DNA of 61,658 nt, counting the filler. It is 5 parts of 5 records of this genome, joined end to end, with 100 filler letters (N's around TTAATTAATTAA, not from the genome) between each part and the next. Parts side by side here need not be neighbours in the genome. Positions count along the whole stretch, not along the records: positions 28,359 to 48,526 come from SRR2962707_2553; 4 more parts are not named here. One strand, given 5' to 3'. A model generated the notes under the pieces. It was not told the origin of the DNA, did no database searches, and was given only the letters and a program-made list of their open reading frames with translations. A program made the translations under genes and the position numbers. This document shows positions 33,018-43,230 of the stretch, one piece after another. The stretch's first letter is position 1; each line of letters opens with the position of its first letter.

Positions 33018-34199
33018 TTAGCCCAAGAACAGCGACGCCGGTGGTACGCAAAGTCCCCGCCCCAGCAGACCAGCCCGTCCGTCGCCGCCCACCATGGCGA
33101 TGGCCACCCTGGGCAGGTCCGTATCAGCCGTGACCCGATGACATGCGAGCCCGATCGGCAACTGCAAATCCTCGAATAAAGGATGCGCTCCGATCAGCCA
33201 GTCCGGTGACGCCTCCGCCGGATTTGGCCACCATGGCGCCAGTGCCTCGGCCACTCCGGAACAGCACCTCCACGCCTGGGCTCCCAGCCCGAAAGCATCG
33301 ATCACGCCGCTGTCGCCAACCATGGGGCTGACCGGCACGGCGGAGGCTGATATTCGGGGCCCCTCGGGCACCGGCGCGGCGCGGGTATGCCAGCGAGCCG
33401 GGTCTCCGGCCACTCGAAGCCCCACCCGGCGGCCATTGCCCGCCAACGCCAACACCAGGCTGGAGCCGGCTTCCCCGGCGGCGGCGGCCAGCATCAGATG
33501 ACAGGCGCCCATCCATAAAGTAAGAAAAAACAGCGGTGTATTGCCCAAACACTCAACAACCTCAACGGGCAACGTGGATGGCATCGCCGCGCATAAGGCC
33601 GTATTGGCATGGCTGGTTTGGGCATGCAAATCATCACCCGCTTCAAGCCCCAGACGGGCCAACGGCAGTAACGCGACCGGCCGGGTCGCCAGCCCCTTTC
33701 GCAGTGCCGGCGCCAGGATCCGGTCGCGCCAGTACAACCGCTCCAGGATCGCCGGATCCCGGCTGCCGAAGCGGATCTGAGGCCCGCTTCCGCTACTCAG
33801 CAAAGACCAGCAACGGTGCCCGGGATTCGCGGCGTCACTGATTTCCGCCAACGCCGTCGATGGCGAGATCACCGCGGCAAGCGGTGTGACCACCGAGAAC
33901 GACTGAGCCGGCAGCATTCTCACCTGGCCCGTGCTGATCAATCGTTCCGCCTCCTCCTCGTTTCGTGCCCACCCTTCATACAGGCAACACAGAACCGCCG
34001 AAGACAGGATCGGCGGGCTGGGGTCCCGCGGGTCCTCGAATGGCGGGCCGGCGTGCAACAAGGTCCAGTCCGGCAACGGCAACGCTCGCCGCGCTTCCGC
34101 CACACCAGACCATTGTGGCCGGACCTGCCGAACCTTCGTCAGCGCCGCCCGATTGGCGCTCTCCACGGCATCCATCCCGGCCCTTGGGTCGGATGCCAT
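33018..34199 (-). CDS. DUF1116 (YlbE/AllG/YahG-like) protein
   Basis: LLHAGPPF, LYEGWA, GDDLH, PLFFL, GNGRRVGL, GDSGVIDAFGLG, GRG near the C-terminus. Confidence 0.8.
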   Translation of the reverse strand: MASDPRAGMDAVESANRAALTKVRQVRPQWSGVAEARRALPLPDWTLLHAGPPFEDPRDPSPPILSSAVLCCLYEGWARNEEEAERLISTGQVRMLPAQSFSVVTPLAAVISPSTALAEISDAANPGHRCWSLLSSGSGPQIRFGSRDPAILERLYWRDRILAPALRKGLATRPVALLPLARLGLEAGDDLHAQTSHANTALCAAMPSTLPVEVVECLGNTPLFFLTLWMGACHLMLAAAAGEAGSSLVLALAGNGRRVGLRVAGDPARWHTRAAPVPEGPRISASAVPVSPMVGDSGVIDAFGLGAQAWRCCSGVAEALAPWWPNPAEASPDWLIGAHPLFEDLQLPIGLACHRVTADTDLPRVAIAMVGGDGRAGLLGRGLCVPPASLFLG

Positions 34200-35471
34200 T
34201 CAAGCCACCTCCGGTATCGGCAGAATCGACGCCGTGGCGTCAAAACGCCGCCCCTCACGCAGGCAGAACACGGGCTGCAACATACGTTCGGCAATCACCT
34301 CCGTGCCTTCATTATCCCGCATCAACCAACGGCCGCTTTCATCGGACAGCACACTGATATCCGCCACCCGGCCAACGCCAAGAGAGCCAATCTCATCACT
34401 CATACCCACCATGCGCGCCGCGTTCACTGTCACCATCGGAATCACCTGCTCCAGACTCAGGCCCAATGCGATCATGCTGGTCATCGCCGACACCAGGCTG
34501 AAGCGGGAGGTGCCCTTGAACATGTGCTCCTCATCCGGGTGCTCATGCTCCTCGGGAGTACCGGCCGGCGCCGGCACCGAAGTGTTATAGCCATGCATAT
34601 CGGAACCGAGCGTATGCGGCACGATACCCGCGCTCAGCACCTTCTCCGCCATCTTGAAACTGAAGTGGGAACCGTGCCCCACATCCACCTTGAGCCCGCG
34701 CTCGATGGCATCCCGTACCAGCGGGTGCACTTCCCCATTCAGCTCAACGAACCCGCCGGGGTGGCGGCTGAAAGGGTGCGCCAGCACATCACGCGGTTTG
34801 AGCAGATCCACCACCTGAGTAAAGATGGAGTCCGGGTCCACATCCATACCGCCCTCTTCAGGCTCCGGCCAAAGCTGGCCAAAATGAATGTAGACCGGCA
34901 GCCCTGTCTGCTCGCCGATGGCGGCGGCCTTTTGCATCACTTCCGTTCCCCAACGGGCAAAACCGCCCAGCTCAGCGTGAGCCTTGATGCCCTTCACCAC
35001 ATCCGCGTTGGCTTTGGCCGCCTTGACGGTGGCGGCAATGTCGGCGCAATCCGGCCGGTACAGTTGTGGATAAAAATGGCCTTCCAGCCCTCCCACCAAA
35101 TAAGCGGAAATAAAGGACAACACCCGGCTGTGGGAAGGCTCGATCACATGCTTGCGAAAGCCTGGCAGTGTCATGCAGCTGGCGCCCCCCTGATCGACCA
35201 GAGTGGTGACGCCGGAATGCACACCGCAAAGATCCGCATTCAATCCAAATCGCCCGGTAACATATTGATAGACATGGCTGTGGGTATCGATCAACCCGGG
35301 CAGTACCAGCCTGCCGCTACAGTCGACTCTTTCCACGTCCCCGGGTACATCGCCACCCTGCAACCGGCCAACAGCGGCGATACGTCCGTCGCGCACAAGA
35401 ACGTCACAAACCTCATCAATGCCGTTGGCGGGATCGATCACACGACCGCCGTGCAGTAGTAATGCTTGCAT
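34200..35471 (-). CDS. Binuclear metallo-amidohydrolase (dihydroorotase/deacetylase-like)
   Basis: PGLIDTHSH (HxH), DQGG, GIKAH (Lys), YIHFG, AHPF, DVGHGSHFSF, GSDMH (Asp), T.NAA, GSLGVGRVAD. Confidence 0.9.
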   Translation of the reverse strand: MQALLLHGGRVIDPANGIDEVCDVLVRDGRIAAVGRLQGGDVPGDVERVDCSGRLVLPGLIDTHSHVYQYVTGRFGLNADLCGVHSGVTTLVDQGGASCMTLPGFRKHVIEPSHSRVLSFISAYLVGGLEGHFYPQLYRPDCADIAATVKAAKANADVVKGIKAHAELGGFARWGTEVMQKAAAIGEQTGLPVYIHFGQLWPEPEEGGMDVDPDSIFTQVVDLLKPRDVLAHPFSRHPGGFVELNGEVHPLVRDAIERGLKVDVGHGSHFSFKMAEKVLSAGIVPHTLGSDMHGYNTSVPAPAGTPEEHEHPDEEHMFKGTSRFSLVSAMTSMIALGLSLEQVIPMVTVNAARMVGMSDEIGSLGVGRVADISVLSDESGRWLMRDNEGTEVIAERMLQPVFCLREGRRFDATASILPIPEVA

Positions 35472-35510
35472 GAAGACCTTCCAGGTAAATGTTACTGATG
35501 ACGATCAGGT

Positions 35511-35526
35511 AGCAATACACATGCCA
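35511..35526 (-). promoter_or_regulatory. Sigma-54 (-24/-12) promoter for amidohydrolase-DUF1116
   Basis: Minus strand TGGCAT-GTGTA-TTGCT, about 40 nt before the ATG. Confidence 0.8.
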
Positions 35527-35596
35527 ATCCATAGCCATTATTCTTTTTGTGAATCTCTAACTTGCTGTTATTCATGGGTTTACGTTCTTCAATATT

Positions 35597-35834
35597 TATG
35601 TGGTATACCATTTATATGGAAAAATGAAGGGCGCATTCAAGACGGCTTGATCTGCGCCGGCACCAATTCGAACCCTGGACTGTGCACCGACGGTGCGCGC
35701 CGCTTCAAGAAGCAGCGTTGCCATTCTCTTATCATCATATAGTTGGCATACCACATATTGCCGCATTGTGGTGCGCAAGCCCTTTTTCGGAACCGTCGCC
35801 GGTATTCATCGTGTCATCATTCATGTGGTATACC
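35597..35834. promoter_or_regulatory. Three copies of a putative operator ATGTGGTATRCC
   Basis: TATGTGGTATACCA (35597-35610), reverse TATGTGGTATGCCA (35744-35757) and ATGTGGTATACC (35823-35834). Confidence 0.7.
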
Positions 35835-35906
35835 CCTTTTATACATATAGAACATACCAAATAAAATCATAAGGTTACGCTCAAAACATAGGCTTTAAAT
35901 CGACGA

Positions 35907-35922
35907 TGGCACAGGACTTGCT
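35907..35922 (+). promoter_or_regulatory. Sigma-54 (-24/-12) promoter for the ABC transporter operon
   Basis: TGGCAC-AGGAC-TTGCT, a consensus match. Confidence 0.85.
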
Positions 35923-36002
35923 GCCGCCTTATCAGCATTCCAGCCATGGCTGGGGCCGGCATCATCATAGTGATAAATCCAATCGTACTTCAGGAGCGCT
36001 TT

Positions 36003-37151
36003 ATGTTGATCAAACCGCTGTATGCGATGCTGCTCGGGGGAGCATTACTGGCATCTCAGGCGCAGGCCGACGACACCATCAGGATCGGGGTTTCACAGCC
36101 GTTAACCGGATCCGTGGCCGCTTCCGGTACCTACGTCACCAACGGCGCACGTCTGGCCGTGGAGCACATCAACGGTAAAGGTGGTGTACTGGGCAAACCT
36201 CTGGAGCTGATTATCGAGGACAACAAGTCCAACCCGAGGGAGGCGGTCAACACCGCGGAGAAACTGATCCTGCGCGATAAAGTGCCGGTCATGATGGGGG
36301 CCTGGGGTTCCACCTTCACCCTGGCGACAATGCCGAAGCTGGAGGAGTACGGCGTTCCCATGGTGGTGGAGACCGCTTCTTCATCCAAGGTTACCACTTC
36401 CGGTAATCCCTGGGTTTTCCGTATCAGCCCGACTTCGATGATGGAAGCCCAGGCGTTCGCCAAACAGCTCTCCTCGTTCGCTCCTGCTATCAAGAAGGTG
36501 GATTTCCTGTCGGTGAACAACGACTGGGGACTGGGCGCGGCCGGCGCCTTCAAGGAGGTGCTGGAAAGCAAGGGGATTGAAGTAGGCCGTTCCGAAATCA
36601 TCGCTCCGGATGCCACTGATTTGTCCGCGCAATTGGCCGCCCTCAAAAACAGCGGCAGTGACACCATTATCGTTACATCAGGTGTGGAACAGCTAACTCT
36701 GGCGATTCGCCAGGCAGCCGAGCAAGGCATAAAACAACGGCTGGTCACCACTGGTGGGTCGTTTCCCGAACCCCTGGTGAAAAATCCGGGACCCAAGGGA
36801 TACGTCAGCACGCACCTGTTGTTTTTCTCACCCTGGACCGCGGATCAATCCATTCATCCGGATATCGCCAGGACTTACATGGATGCCTGGGAAGCAAAAG
36901 GCTATCCGTTCCCGGGTCTGACCGAAGGCTTTCGCGGCTATGACGCCATTCTTACCATCGCGGAAGCAATTCGCGTGGCCGGAAAAGCCGAACCGGAAGC
37001 GATCCGCGATGCGCTTTGGAAGGTCAAGCTGGCCGGTGTGAATGGCGACATCGCCTTTCACAAGGAAGGCCCCGAAGGCCGGGAAAGCGGCCAGAACACA
37101 CCCAATATCTACATCATCCAGTTGCAAGACGGCGAAGTTTCAGCACTGTAA
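36003..37151 (+). CDS. ABC substrate-binding protein, LivJ/HAAT family
   Basis: Signal peptide ending AQA, IRIGVSQPLTG, GGVLGKPLELIIEDNKSNP. ATG 36003 follows CAGGAG. Confidence 0.9.
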   Translation: MLIKPLYAMLLGGALLASQAQADDTIRIGVSQPLTGSVAASGTYVTNGARLAVEHINGKGGVLGKPLELIIEDNKSNPREAVNTAEKLILRDKVPVMMGAWGSTFTLATMPKLEEYGVPMVVETASSSKVTTSGNPWVFRISPTSMMEAQAFAKQLSSFAPAIKKVDFLSVNNDWGLGAAGAFKEVLESKGIEVGRSEIIAPDATDLSAQLAALKNSGSDTIIVTSGVEQLTLAIRQAAEQGIKQRLVTTGGSFPEPLVKNPGPKGYVSTHLLFFSPWTADQSIHPDIARTYMDAWEAKGYPFPGLTEGFRGYDAILTIAEAIRVAGKAEPEAIRDALWKVKLAGVNGDIAFHKEGPEGRESGQNTPNIYIIQLQDGEVSAL

Positions 37152-37207
37152 CGGCACCCTTATCCCCTTAGCGCAGTGCAAGGCGGATGTGAGTCAGGGA
37201 GATTATT

Positions 37208-38080
37208 TTGGACCAGTTCCTCCAGCACCTCGTCAACGGCACGGTGCTCGGTGCCACCTATGCCCTGCTTGGCATCGGGCTCACGCTTATCTTCGGCATC
37301 ATGAAAGTGGTCAACTTCGCCCATGGCGAGTTATACGCTTTCGGTGCCTATGTGGCCTACGCTCTGGTATCGCTGTTGCAGATGGATTATTTCGTGGCGC
37401 TTATCCTCGCGGCAGGCCTGGGTTTGCTATTGGGCGCGAGCATTGAGTTCCTGCTGTTGCGGCGTTGCCGTCTGGAGAACATCGACGAGGTCATGCTGAT
37501 CATGATTGGGGTCATGATCATTATGCAGAACGCCGAACTGCTGGCCTGGGGCGGGGTCGCCAAAGTAGTCCCCACCCCGTTCCCGCAGGAGTCCATTATT
37601 ATCGGCGGCATCTATCTGTCACCAACACGATTGTTTGTTCTTGGCGCGGCCATTGTGCTGCTGTTGGCCTTCTATCTGGTGATTGAACGTTCCCGGTTGG
37701 GGCTGGCGATGCGCGCCACCTTTCAGGACGAGGACGCGGCCCGTATCGTCGGCGTCAACGTGGGCCGGATTTACACGCTCACCTTCGGTCTGGGATCGTC
37801 ACTGGCGGCCATTACCGGGGCGCTGTTGGCACCGGTTTTCGTAGTCACACCGACAATGGGCGACCTGGCCAGCCTGAAGGCCTTCGCCATCGTTATTCTT
37901 GGCGGTCTCGGCAACATACGCGGAGCGGCGCTCGGCGGCTTCGCGCTGGCGCTGATTGAAGAGTTCGGGGCGGCTTACATTTCCACAGCCTATCGCGACG
38001 CGATCGGTTTCCTGGTGATTCTGGCCGTTATGATCGCCCGCCCACAGGGGTTGTTCGCGGCCAGGGAAAGGGTGGGTTGA
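37208..38080 (+). CDS. HAAT ABC permease (LivH-like)
   Basis: YALLGIGLTLIFGIMKVVNFAHGE, GLAMRA, ILGGLG. Confidence 0.9.
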   Translation: MDQFLQHLVNGTVLGATYALLGIGLTLIFGIMKVVNFAHGELYAFGAYVAYALVSLLQMDYFVALILAAGLGLLLGASIEFLLLRRCRLENIDEVMLIMIGVMIIMQNAELLAWGGVAKVVPTPFPQESIIIGGIYLSPTRLFVLGAAIVLLLAFYLVIERSRLGLAMRATFQDEDAARIVGVNVGRIYTLTFGLGSSLAAITGALLAPVFVVTPTMGDLASLKAFAIVILGGLGNIRGAALGGFALALIEEFGAAYISTAYRDAIGFLVILAVMIARPQGLFAARERVG

Positions 38081-39111
38081 TTATGCGGAGATTGTCTTTT
38101 CTTGTCATCGTGGCCGCACTGGCTTTGCTGCCGGTGCTGTGGCCCGATCCCTATTTGCTGTCGGTGGTAGCGGCCGCGGGAATCATGATCATCGCCGCCA
38201 TCAGTCTTAACCTGCTGCTCGGCTTCACTGGCCAGCTCAGTCTCGGACACGCCGCTTTTTTTGGCATTGGCGCCTATACCAGTGCGCTGCTCTCCCTGGG
38301 CTTCGACGTCGATCTGGGCTTCTCATCGCCTCTGGTAGTAGCACCCAAACCGGTATGGGTGGCTTTCGCCGGTGGCATCGTCATGGCATCACTGTTTGGA
38401 TGGCTGTTGGGCAAGGTTGCTTTTCGCGTACGCGGTGCCTACTTCGTGATCGTCACCATCAGTTTTGCTCAGGTCATGCGCATGGTGGCGCTCAATTGGG
38501 TCGATCTGACCGAAGGCCCCATGGCTCTGGTTTCCATTCCACCCCTGAGCCTCTGGGTTCCCGGCGAAGGCGTTGTCCGCCTGGTCAGCAAAGCCTCGAC
38601 GTACTGGTTGGTACTGGCCGCCGGTGTGCTGGCCTACGTGATCGTGGCCAATCTGGTACGCAGCCGCATCGGCCGTGCCGCCATGGCGTTACGGGGAAAC
38701 GAGGTACTGGCAAAGTCCATCGGTATCCCGGTGACCCGGTGCCTGATCGTCTTTTCGGTCCTCTCCGCCGGTATCGCCGGTGCCGCTGGCGGTCTCTACG
38801 CCCATACCGTGCGGATCATTGACCCGGACGTTTTTCTGTTCATCTACACCATTACCATGGTGATCATGGTGATCGCCGGCGGCAAAGGCACCCTGGCTGG
38901 TCCGGTAGTAGGCGGTCTTATTTTCGGGCTCTTACCGGAAATGCTCAGAGGGGTGGTGGCACCGGAAGTGCAATGGATGATTTACGGCGCTTTGATGATC
39001 CTGATTCTTCTGTTCATGCCCAAAGGCATCGTTCCCGCCTTTGGTGGCTTATTAAAGCGCGGCAGGATTTCCGTGCGCCGCCCCTCCGCTACTCAAGGAG
39101 CCAGCTCATGA
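38077..39111 (+). CDS. HAAT ABC permease (LivM-like)
   Basis: SLNLLLGFTGQLSLGHAAFFGIGAY, RGAYF, GGKGTLAGP. Confidence 0.9.
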   Translation: MIMRRLSFLVIVAALALLPVLWPDPYLLSVVAAAGIMIIAAISLNLLLGFTGQLSLGHAAFFGIGAYTSALLSLGFDVDLGFSSPLVVAPKPVWVAFAGGIVMASLFGWLLGKVAFRVRGAYFVIVTISFAQVMRMVALNWVDLTEGPMALVSIPPLSLWVPGEGVVRLVSKASTYWLVLAAGVLAYVIVANLVRSRIGRAAMALRGNEVLAKSIGIPVTRCLIVFSVLSAGIAGAAGGLYAHTVRIIDPDVFLFIYTITMVIMVIAGGKGTLAGPVVGGLIFGLLPEMLRGVVAPEVQWMIYGALMILILLFMPKGIVPAFGGLLKRGRISVRRPSATQGASS

Positions 39112-39911
39112 CTGTATCCGCCGCGGAGCAGCCGGAAACGTTACTGTCCTTGTCCGGCATCAGCCTGCGCATCGCCGGCCTGCAGATTCTCAGCGACGTG
39201 GACCTCCGGGTTGAACCCGGCCGGATCGTCAGTCTGATCGGCCCCAATGGCGCCGGCAAAACCACGGCGTTCAATATTATCTCCGGCTATATGCGCCCCA
39301 GTGCCGGTTCCGTGCATTTTCTCGGACTGGACATTACCGGCAAACAACCCCATGAGATAGCCGAACTGGGTTTGGTCCGCAGTTTCCAGAGGACCAATAT
39401 CTTTGGTAACTGCACCGTGTTCGAAAACCTGCTTACCGCTTTTCACATGCAAGGTCGTAGCGGACTCTTCGGTGCCATATTCAGGCTGCCCGCCTTCCAG
39501 CGAGAAGAGCAGGCGCTGGAGGCACGTACACGGGAGATGCTTGGTTTTCTGGAACTGGAGCATCGCGCCGATGATCTTGCCGCCAATCTGTCCTATGGCG
39601 AACAGCGTCTGCTCGGCGTCGGTATTGCCCTGGCGGCCCGGCCCAAGCTGTTATTGCTGGATGAACCCGCCGCGGGTTTGAACCCATCGGAAACCGAGGA
39701 CTTCAAGCAGATGGTGCGGCGTGTAGCCGACAGCGGCATCACTATTCTTCTGGTGGAGCATGACATGCACATGGTGATGTCGATCTCTGATTACATCGTG
39801 GTGTTGAACCAGGGGCATCGCATTGCCGACGGCAGCCCCGCCGACATTCAAAGCGACCCGGAGGTAATTCGGGCGTATCTGGGATCAGGATTGCAACGTG
39901 CTAAAGCTTGA
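39108..39911 (+). CDS. HAAT ABC ATPase (LivG-like)
   Basis: GPNGAGKTT, LSYGEQR, LLDEPAAG, VEHDM, AYLG; ATGA overlap at 39108. Confidence 0.9.
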   Translation: MTVSAAEQPETLLSLSGISLRIAGLQILSDVDLRVEPGRIVSLIGPNGAGKTTAFNIISGYMRPSAGSVHFLGLDITGKQPHEIAELGLVRSFQRTNIFGNCTVFENLLTAFHMQGRSGLFGAIFRLPAFQREEQALEARTREMLGFLELEHRADDLAANLSYGEQRLLGVGIALAARPKLLLLDEPAAGLNPSETEDFKQMVRRVADSGITILLVEHDMHMVMSISDYIVVLNQGHRIADGSPADIQSDPEVIRAYLGSGLQRAKA

Positions 39912-40602
39912 TGATATTACCGTTCACTATGGCGCCACCGTGGCGGTGGACAAAGTATCGCTGGAAGTGAATGAAGGTGAGTTCGTCACCCTCATCGGCT
40001 CCAATGGCGCCGGCAAGTCCAGCACGCTCAGGGCCATCAGCGGCCTGGAACCCGTGGTCTCCGGCACTATCACCTTTGAAGGAAAGCCGATTACCAACGC
40101 CAGGCCACAGAGCATTATCGAGCACGGTATTGCCCATTGCCCGGAAGGGCGTCGTGTATTCTCTCAATTGAACGTGCGCGAGAATCTGGAGATGGGGGCT
40201 TACTGCCGCGGCGATCATGCCGGTATCCGTGATGACCTTGAGTCCATGCTGGACCGTTTCCCACGGTTGCGTGAACGTATCGAACAACCCGCGGGCACCC
40301 TTTCCGGCGGTGAGCAGCAAATGCTGGCCATCGCACGGGCGCTGATGTCCCGTCCGCGACTGGTTATGTTCGACGAACCCTCCTTGGGCCTGGCGCCCAA
40401 CTTCGTCGAGCAGGTTTTTGAGTTGACCGCCGAAATCCGCGCTGCCGGCACCACCGTACTAATGGTGGAACAGAACGCCTATGCCGCGCTGGAATTGTGC
40501 GATCGGTCCTATCTCCTGGAGACCGGACGGGTGGTATTGCAGGGCACCGCCAGGGAAATGCGTGACAATCCGGATATCCGCAAAGCTTATCTGGGCGGAT
40601 AA
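39898..40602 (+). CDS. HAAT ABC ATPase (LivF-like)
   Basis: GSNGAGKS, PEGRRVF, LSGGEQQML, DEPSLGLAP, VEQN. Confidence 0.9.
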   Translation: MLKLDDITVHYGATVAVDKVSLEVNEGEFVTLIGSNGAGKSSTLRAISGLEPVVSGTITFEGKPITNARPQSIIEHGIAHCPEGRRVFSQLNVRENLEMGAYCRGDHAGIRDDLESMLDRFPRLRERIEQPAGTLSGGEQQMLAIARALMSRPRLVMFDEPSLGLAPNFVEQVFELTAEIRAAGTTVLMVEQNAYAALELCDRSYLLETGRVVLQGTAREMRDNPDIRKAYLGG

Positions 40603-40670
40603 GGCCCCCATGGTCAGCCCGCGCCACCAGCGGCTAGACTGAACCACGTTATTCACCTGGAGACTACGGT

Positions 40671-41147
40671 ATGCGACAGGTTCTTTTGATTGTCGACGTA
40701 CAACCTTCGTTTTCTCCGCCGGCCTGGCTTCTTCGGGACATTGACCGTTTGCTCGGCCATATGCCGACCGTGGCGACCGTGGAGTGTCATGACGAAGCGA
40801 TCACACCCTTTCAGGCGCAATTGGGTTGGCGGCCGCCGGAACAGGAACGAAGTCTGATCGCGGCCGACCGGCACTTCGTCAAACATGGCTACCGTCCTAC
40901 CAACGAGGTGCTGCACCATCTTATCCAACTAGCCCCGGAAAGGGTTTTGGTGTGCGGCATCCAGACCGAAACCTGCGTACTCGCCGCCGGCTTCGCGCTG
41001 TTTGATCTGGGGCTGCGCCCGACTCTGATTACGGACCTGACCCTGGGCTCATCACTGGATCCCTCCGGCGCGCTCGGTGCTCGGCTTTGGCGACATCACT
41101 TCAGGCACACCACGACGTTGACGGAGCTGCTCGCGACAGGTACCTGA
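40671..41147 (+). CDS. Cysteine hydrolase (isochorismatase/nicotinamidase family)
   Basis: LIVDVQ (Asp), FVKHGY (Lys), CGIQTETCV (Cys) catalytic triad. Confidence 0.85.
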   Translation: MRQVLLIVDVQPSFSPPAWLLRDIDRLLGHMPTVATVECHDEAITPFQAQLGWRPPEQERSLIAADRHFVKHGYRPTNEVLHHLIQLAPERVLVCGIQTETCVLAAGFALFDLGLRPTLITDLTLGSSLDPSGALGARLWRHHFRHTTTLTELLATGT

Positions 41148-41178
41148 AAGACGATCAGACGGAGAATCCAGGGAAGAA

Positions 41179-42159
41179 TCAGATATCCAGCACCAAACTG
41201 GCCGACTGGCTTGAAGAGCAGCAGATGATCATGGTGCCACGGCGATCATGCTCTTCCGCCGAACATACCGTGTCACGATGATCCGGGCGCCCTTCCAATA
41301 CCCTCACCTCGCAGGCCCCGCAAAGCCCCTGTTCACAGGAATACATGACGTCGGCGCCGGCATCTCGCAGGGCGTCCAGGATAGTTTGCCCGGGAGCCAC
41401 CCGCACCTGCGCGCCGGAGCGCGCCAAAGTCACCTCGAACGCATCATTCGAAGCCGCCGCTAGTGGGGCGGCCTGAAAGCGCTCCATATGGATGCGGCGC
41501 CGCGCATTCAGCTCCTCTCCCAGCCGCTCCAGGTGATCGAGCATCCCCTTAGGGCCGCAGCAATAGATCTCGGTTTGCCTGGTCACGCCCCTGACCACAG
41601 CGGCAAATTGCCCGGCGCTATCCTCCGGAGAAGCGGCGTAATGGACCGTAACATCGCTGCGACCGCGCAGCGTTTCCAGAAACAATCCGTGTTTTTTTGA
41701 GCGGCACCAGTAATGCAGCCGTACCGGCCGACCGCTTGCGCGGACATGCTCATACATAGAGTAGATTGGGGTGATACCGATCCCCCCCGCCAACAGCAAT
41801 ACCGGTGAGGTACCCGGCGTTATCTCGAACTGGTTGCGAGGCGGGCTCAGATCAAATACCTGTCCTACCCGGGCACTGTCGTGCAGCCAGCGAGAGCCGC
41901 CCCTGCCGTTCTCTTCCCGCTTTACCGCGATAACATAGCGCCGCGGCGAACACAGCGGTGTTATCAGCGAGTATTGACGTAGCACCCCACCCGGCAAACC
42001 AATGTCCACATGCGCGCCGGCGGAGACCGGCGGCAAAGCCGCTGGTGTAATCGCCTCGAACTCATAGAAGATAATTTCTTCCGCACCATAGCGAATGGTG
42101 TCCAAACGAACCGGCAAGGTCCCGGTATCCTGAAAAACACCGGTATCAGACCGTGCCAT
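41179..42159 (-). CDS. PDR/VanB-family FMN/NAD(P)H/[2Fe-2S] reductase
   Basis: AGAHVD, RQYSL, GRGGS, AGGIGITP, YCCGP, SCEQGLCGAC, ICCS. Confidence 0.92.
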   Translation of the reverse strand: MARSDTGVFQDTGTLPVRLDTIRYGAEEIIFYEFEAITPAALPPVSAGAHVDIGLPGGVLRQYSLITPLCSPRRYVIAVKREENGRGGSRWLHDSARVGQVFDLSPPRNQFEITPGTSPVLLLAGGIGITPIYSMYEHVRASGRPVRLHYWCRSKKHGLFLETLRGRSDVTVHYAASPEDSAGQFAAVVRGVTRQTEIYCCGPKGMLDHLERLGEELNARRRIHMERFQAAPLAAASNDAFEVTLARSGAQVRVAPGQTILDALRDAGADVMYSCEQGLCGACEVRVLEGRPDHRDTVCSAEEHDRRGTMIICCSSSQSASLVLDI

Positions 42160-43186
42160 ACTGAACTCCCATCTTCTGCAGCCAGGAACGGTACTTCATA
42201 CCGAGCAGATCGGTACGGTGGTGAAGCTCTTGACGCAGATCAGTGGGAATCCGTTCTGGGCGTTGCGTATCGACAATGTCACTGTCCTGGGCATAGACCA
42301 GATCCTGACGTTGACGCACTTCATCATCCGTCGGCATGGGGTTGAAGTTCATGGCGCAGCAAATCCGAACGATGCTTTCCGTCTCGCTCACTTGTTGGGC
42401 GGTCAGATAAGTGCAGAAGCGATCATTGGGATTACCTTCATGGGCGCGGTCCGGGTCCGTAATCAGGACACGTTTTTTAAAGTAGGCCACCAACGGCCGC
42501 AAGCATTTGTAGGCATAGAATGCGGTTACCGGCACATTACGCGGATCCCCATAAGGCTGGGTCACTTGCACTTCGGAAGAGGCCAGGCCTCCGTTCTCCT
42601 CCCAGACGTCATAGGCTCCGATCGGATCCGGATCATCCATCAGGCCGTTCACGCCCGCGTGCACGAAAGGGAAATGGGTGGGATCAATGAAATTCTCCAC
42701 CGCCCGATAGCCGGACTTGAAGCGGTAGGGGCCGCACACCACCTTCTTGTAGCTGTCATCGTTCCACTCGGGGAAATCCGGTATATCGTGTTCCGGTTCG
42801 CCCAGGCTGGTCCAGATGAAGCCATAGGCTTCCTTGACGTGATGGCTGATGGCCTTGGCCTTTTTCATCGGTGTCTCCCCCGGGGAAGCAGGGATTAGCC
42901 GGCACTGCGCCGTGCCATCGTAGTTCCAGCCATGGTAAGGACACACGACCCGGTCACTGGCGATAAACCCTTTGGAGAGCCGCGCTCCCCGGTGGATGCA
43001 CAGATCTTCCCACACATGAGCCTGGCCACTTGAATCACGCCAGATCACCAGATCGCGCTCGAACAGGGTGGAGGGTATCAAATTACCTTCCGTTACTTCG
43101 TCGGAAGCAGCCACCACGTGCCAGTCGTTCAACAACGCGGGCTCCAGGGTAAATTCCTGCTGATTCAGCTGTTCTCTGCAGTTCAT
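42146..43186 (-). CDS. Rieske non-heme iron oxygenase, VanA/HpxD/NdmA-like
   Basis: CIHRG...CPYHGW Rieske motif, ENFIDPTHFPFVH mononuclear Fe site, C-terminal QDSDIVDTQRPERIP...YRSWL. Confidence 0.9.
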   Translation of the reverse strand: MNCREQLNQQEFTLEPALLNDWHVVAASDEVTEGNLIPSTLFERDLVIWRDSSGQAHVWEDLCIHRGARLSKGFIASDRVVCPYHGWNYDGTAQCRLIPASPGETPMKKAKAISHHVKEAYGFIWTSLGEPEHDIPDFPEWNDDSYKKVVCGPYRFKSGYRAVENFIDPTHFPFVHAGVNGLMDDPDPIGAYDVWEENGGLASSEVQVTQPYGDPRNVPVTAFYAYKCLRPLVAYFKKRVLITDPDRAHEGNPNDRFCTYLTAQQVSETESIVRICCAMNFNPMPTDDEVRQRQDLVYAQDSDIVDTQRPERIPTDLRQELHHRTDLLGMKYRSWLQKMGVQYGTV

Positions 43187-43230
43187 TGGTATCTTCCTCG
43201 ATTACAGCGGCCGGATTAATACCTTTGAAA

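Noticed and set aside
35682-35696. TGCACCGACGGTGCG as an NtrC site
   Set aside because: Half-site spacing is 5 nt rather than the 7 nt expected for NtrC; the site at 35759-35775 fits better.
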